Below, in pieces: positions 60,893 through 64,000 of a stretch of 64,000 nt of DNA. Under the pieces are notes generated by a model that was not told the DNA's origin, searched no databases, and saw only the letters and a list, made by a program, of their open reading frames with translations. Both the position numbers and the translations under genes were made by a program. The DNA is from Thermoplasmata archaeon (lineage in GTDB: Archaea > Thermoplasmatota > JASEFT01 > JBBABA01). Numbering within the stretch: the stretch's first letter is position 1; each line of letters opens with the position of its first letter. The stretch is from assembly GCA_041657955.1 (NCBI GenBank), contig JBBABA010000006.1, forward strand, positions 64,566 through 128,565. The letters run 5' to 3'.

Positions 60893-63800
60893 CTACTTAT
60901 ATTCTCCGTGCGAATCCAATTTAATATCGTCCTTCTCGGATTGCTGGTAGGGTGATTGCGGAAGCTCGGCAACTTTTTCGATGTCCGGATGCTTCTTCTC
61001 CAGCACGTTCTTATAATCCCGTATTTTATTATCCAATATCATGTAATTGTTTTCCGAAATCTTTCCATACTGAAGCAGTTTCGAGGATGCTTTTTGAATG
61101 TTACATAATCGCCTATACCTTTCGACCGGGTTTTGCAACTTCATAGCGCTATCCACTAGTGCCATTTGTCTGCCCAGCACGCTTCTTTTCTTTCTAAGAA
61201 CCAAATAACCACCGGCAACGCTAGCGAGAGCTATAAGAAGGCCCATAAGATTTGCGTAGAGGTCGAGATAGTTAGTTATGTCCATTTCCCCGCTACCAGG
61301 AGGAGGTTTTGCTTGTCCTATTATTTCTATTGCTTCGTTATCCGTATCCGTGTCGCCGCCGTCATCCGTGACTGTTAACGATACGTTGTAGCTTCCAATC
61401 CTTTTGTACGTATGTTTCGGATTAATCTCGACAGATGTTGTGCCGTCGTCAAAGTCCCAACGGTAAGAGACAATCGCGCCGTGTGTATCGTAACTGCCGT
61501 TTCCAAAAAATTGTGTTTCTTCGTCTACGTAAACGTACTTGGGCCTCACGATATCAGCAACAGGCAGTATGTTTACCACTGTTACCGTGATAAAAGCTAC
61601 GGCGGATTCCCCGCCGTTATTATCAACTACGGTCAAAGTTGCATCGTATTTGCCGGCATGCATGTATGTGTGTTTTATAACGCTGTTGTCTACCCAATCG
61701 GTTGAATTTTTGTCCCCGAAATCCCATTTATATTTTATTACAGTACCGTCGCTGTCTGTAGCGTTGACAGTAAACGTGAGTTCTTCCGCCGGCTTCTTAT
61801 CCAGTGATGCCGTGAACGAACATGTTGGGAGGCGGTTGATGATTATCGCATACATCGTTCTTATTGTCGTTCCGCCGTCGTTATCCTCGACTGCGAGTGT
61901 AACCGTATAATTACCGGGTGTGGCATACGTGTAAAAAGCGGTTGCATCGTATGCAGTATTGTTAATTGAAAGCGTGTCGCCGAAATTCCAAGTGTAATTT
62001 ACGATGGTGCCATCAATGTCGCTTGCACCCGCAATAAATTTCACTGGAATCAATGTTTGTGATGTTATATTGTCTGGAAGGCTGAACACTGGCGGAGTGT
62101 TGACTACATCCACCGACAAAATGCTTACACCGAATCCATAGTCATTATCATAAACCCTCAATGTTACGTTATATGTTCCTTTGGATGTATAGGTATGATT
62201 TGTCGATGTTTTGTTGCTACCGGCGATGTTCGTTATATTTCCATCCCCGAAATCGTAAGAATGTAACGTAACCAGTCCATCTGCGTCCACGGGGTCGTCC
62301 GGTTCGTAAAACATTATCGGCGTGTATGTTTGTGCGTGAGTGGTATTTGCGCTTAATGTTGCAATCGGTGCCGCGTTTGTAATGGATATTGTTCGCACTT
62401 TGGAGTTTACGCCTCCGAGGTCGTCTGTTACAGTCAAATTAATAATGAACGTACCTTTCGATGTCCATGTGTGGGTCGGGTTTTGTTCGTACGAGTAACT
62501 CCCGTCCCCGAAAGTCCAGATGTAATTGGTTATGCTTCCGTCTTCATCGGAAGCGTTTGCGAATAATTGCAAAGGAGAAAATGCTGACCAATCCGAAGAA
62601 ACTACAAAATCGGCATTTGGCAAAATGTTCGGAATCACATGGATAACGTATGTTTTGTTGCTTTCAGCGCCAATTTTGTCTGTTGCAGAAACTTTAATAG
62701 TGTAATTATCGGGAGAAGCATATTGCCAATTCACAATACAGTATTCTTTATTCGTTTCAGTTAGTATATAGGAACCGTCTCCGTAAAGGTCGATACTGAT
62801 GCTCCCGATACCATCCTTATCGATGGCGGATATGTTTATCGTAAAATTTCTTCTCTCTGTGATTATAAAATTGTCCTCGTTCGTGATTGAGATAAGGCTA
62901 TACAAATCGGTGAACGCTGCAGTCAGTTGCGGGCCGAAATTCGGCATTACCCTGAAACCGAACGACCAGATAGCCTGTGTACCGTTACCGTCCGTAACGC
63001 GCACGGATATCGTCGTATTGCCCGGAGATGTAAACTCTATGCTGGTGTTTCCGGTTATATTGCTGTTGTGCTCGTATACACCATCCCCGTCCGCATCCCA
63101 TTCGTAAAATTTTATTCCACTGCCCGAGTATGCATCGACACTTGCGTTAAAAGGTATGTGCACTTCTGCGATCAACGAGATATTGTCAACAGCGCCGCTG
63201 AACGTAACGTTTACTATGATTGGATTTCGCGGCAATACGGTAATATTCACGACTGTGCTTCCGGTGTAACCCCTCGAATCCCTTACTGTGAGATTTATAC
63301 TGTGCGTTCCTGCGGCCAGATTGCGTAAGGTGATGTTTCCGGTTCCGAGATTTCCAGAGACATTCGAAAACCATGCTATTGACGAGTTTGTTAGAAAAAC
63401 GCTTTCTGCATCAATGCCGTAACCCATGAAATCGATGGATGCGTTGCCGTCGAATGTCTGCCCTTCAGAGGGTGTAGTAATATACGCCGTGGGGGGAGCT
63501 TGTATAACCCTGATTGTGGCAGTATCTGTAGCCGTGGCTCCATAGTTATCCGTTACTCTGAGTTTGGCATTATAGACACCCGCTGCACTGTATTTATACG
63601 TAGTCGAGCCTGTTGCCGTACTGCTCCAGTCATAAATGCCATCGCCGTTGAAGTCCCATTCGTATTTTTTTATAGTGCCGTCATTGTCAATTCCCGTGCC
63701 GGTAAACGAAACGTCCGCATTTGCGAAAACTGTCTTGTCTGGACCCGCGTTTGCTGTTGGGGGGTTGTCGTTGACAATAATCGACACCGTATCCTTTTGA

Positions 63801-63982
63801 GAGTCGTCGGCCTGCACGCCTATCACATATATCCCCGGCGACCATGAGTTTACGACATATTGGATGGTGAATGTTGAGTGGGTTATAGGGATTTGCCCGG
63901 CATATTTATAATTTATATAAATCGTAAGCCAATTTGCTTTACCGGTAACCACTACGGTCAAGTAGAATGAACCTTTGACCAT
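60893..63982 (-). CDS. Large cell-surface protein with multiple PKD domains, a C-terminal TM helix and a cytoplasmic tail. It may extend 5' beyond the window.
   Basis: At least 8 PKD-like repeats (WDFGDG/YEWDFNGDG, ...Y.V.L.V.D). A TM segment near the C-terminus (LMGLLIALASVAGGYLVL). No signal peptide at the first in-window Met. Confidence 0.7.
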   Translation of the reverse strand: MVKGSFYLTVVVTGKANWLTIYINYKYAGQIPITHSTFTIQYVVNSWSPGIYVIGVQADDSQKDTVSIIVNDNPPTANAGPDKTVFANADVSFTGTGIDNDGTIKKYEWDFNGDGIYDWSSTATGSTTYKYSAAGVYNAKLRVTDNYGATATDTATIRVIQAPPTAYITTPSEGQTFDGNASIDFMGYGIDAESVFLTNSSIAWFSNVSGNLGTGNITLRNLAAGTHSINLTVRDSRGYTGSTVVNITVLPRNPIIVNVTFSGAVDNISLIAEVHIPFNASVDAYSGSGIKFYEWDADGDGVYEHNSNITGNTSIEFTSPGNTTISVRVTDGNGTQAIWSFGFRVMPNFGPQLTAAFTDLYSLISITNEDNFIITERRNFTINISAIDKDGIGSISIDLYGDGSYILTETNKEYCIVNWQYASPDNYTIKVSATDKIGAESNKTYVIHVIPNILPNADFVVSSDWSAFSPLQLFANASDEDGSITNYIWTFGDGSYSYEQNPTHTWTSKGTFIINLTVTDDLGGVNSKVRTISITNAAPIATLSANTTHAQTYTPIMFYEPDDPVDADGLVTLHSYDFGDGNITNIAGSNKTSTNHTYTSKGTYNVTLRVYDNDYGFGVSILSVDVVNTPPVFSLPDNITSQTLIPVKFIAGASDIDGTIVNYTWNFGDTLSINNTAYDATAFYTYATPGNYTVTLAVEDNDGGTTIRTMYAIIINRLPTCSFTASLDKKPAEELTFTVNATDSDGTVIKYKWDFGDKNSTDWVDNSVIKHTYMHAGKYDATLTVVDNNGGESAVAFITVTVVNILPVADIVRPKYVYVDEETQFFGNGSYDTHGAIVSYRWDFDDGTTSVEINPKHTYKRIGSYNVSLTVTDDGGDTDTDNEAIEIIGQAKPPPGSGEMDITNYLDLYANLMGLLIALASVAGGYLVLRKKRSVLGRQMALVDSAMKLQNPVERYRRLCNIQKASSKLLQYGKISENNYMILDNKIRDYKNVLEKKHPDIEKVAELPQSPYQQSEKDDIKLDSHGEYK

Positions 63983-64000
63983 TGCTCCATCGCTGGGCGA

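Overview
The window looks archaeal, probably euryarchaeal. Evidence: a PGF-CTERM sorting signal, a class III (archaeal pilin-like) signal peptide, a LonB-type AAA+ domain, Taw1, an AEP primase, the Sm-L37e operon, a COG1395 regulator and TreT. GC content is moderate and the intergenic regions are AT-rich. Roughly two thirds of the window is housekeeping and metabolism. That includes pgk, purF, glyA, glnA and a GS paralogue, a class IIb aaRS, rlmH, taw1, tgt, a thiolase-DUF35 pair, ubiX, a flavodoxin, an ABC-2 exporter and an MFS transporter. The rest is cell-surface and accessory material. This covers a 1809-aa PGF-CTERM giant adhesin, parallel beta-helix, PKD and Kelch-pilin proteins, and a secreted C25-like peptidase. 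The most unusual region is about 5.5-9.6 kb. A class II Fic gene is bracketed exactly by two copies of a 48-bp palindromic element (12-bp stem). Degenerate copies of the same arms recur next to a resolvase-type serine recombinase gene and several small uncharacterised ORFs, so the region reads as a cassette-like, possibly mobile, array. A second notable locus is the 3' end of rlmH, which is duplicated twice downstream (att-like direct repeats). The repeats bracket a 381-aa orphan gene and a vapBC pair, suggesting an integrated element without a recognisable integrase. Also notable are an osmoadaptation cluster (two TreT-like GT4 enzymes, a HAD-IIB phosphatase, a CBS protein and two MscS channels) and a LonB-like ATPase lacking its protease domain next to a second vapBC. 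An ePK-like kinase module is flanked by inverted small-protein paralogues. Two real small genes are missed by the >=60-aa ORF track: rpl37e and a 59-aa tandem metal-binding repeat protein. No CRISPR array, rRNA or convincing tRNA was found.
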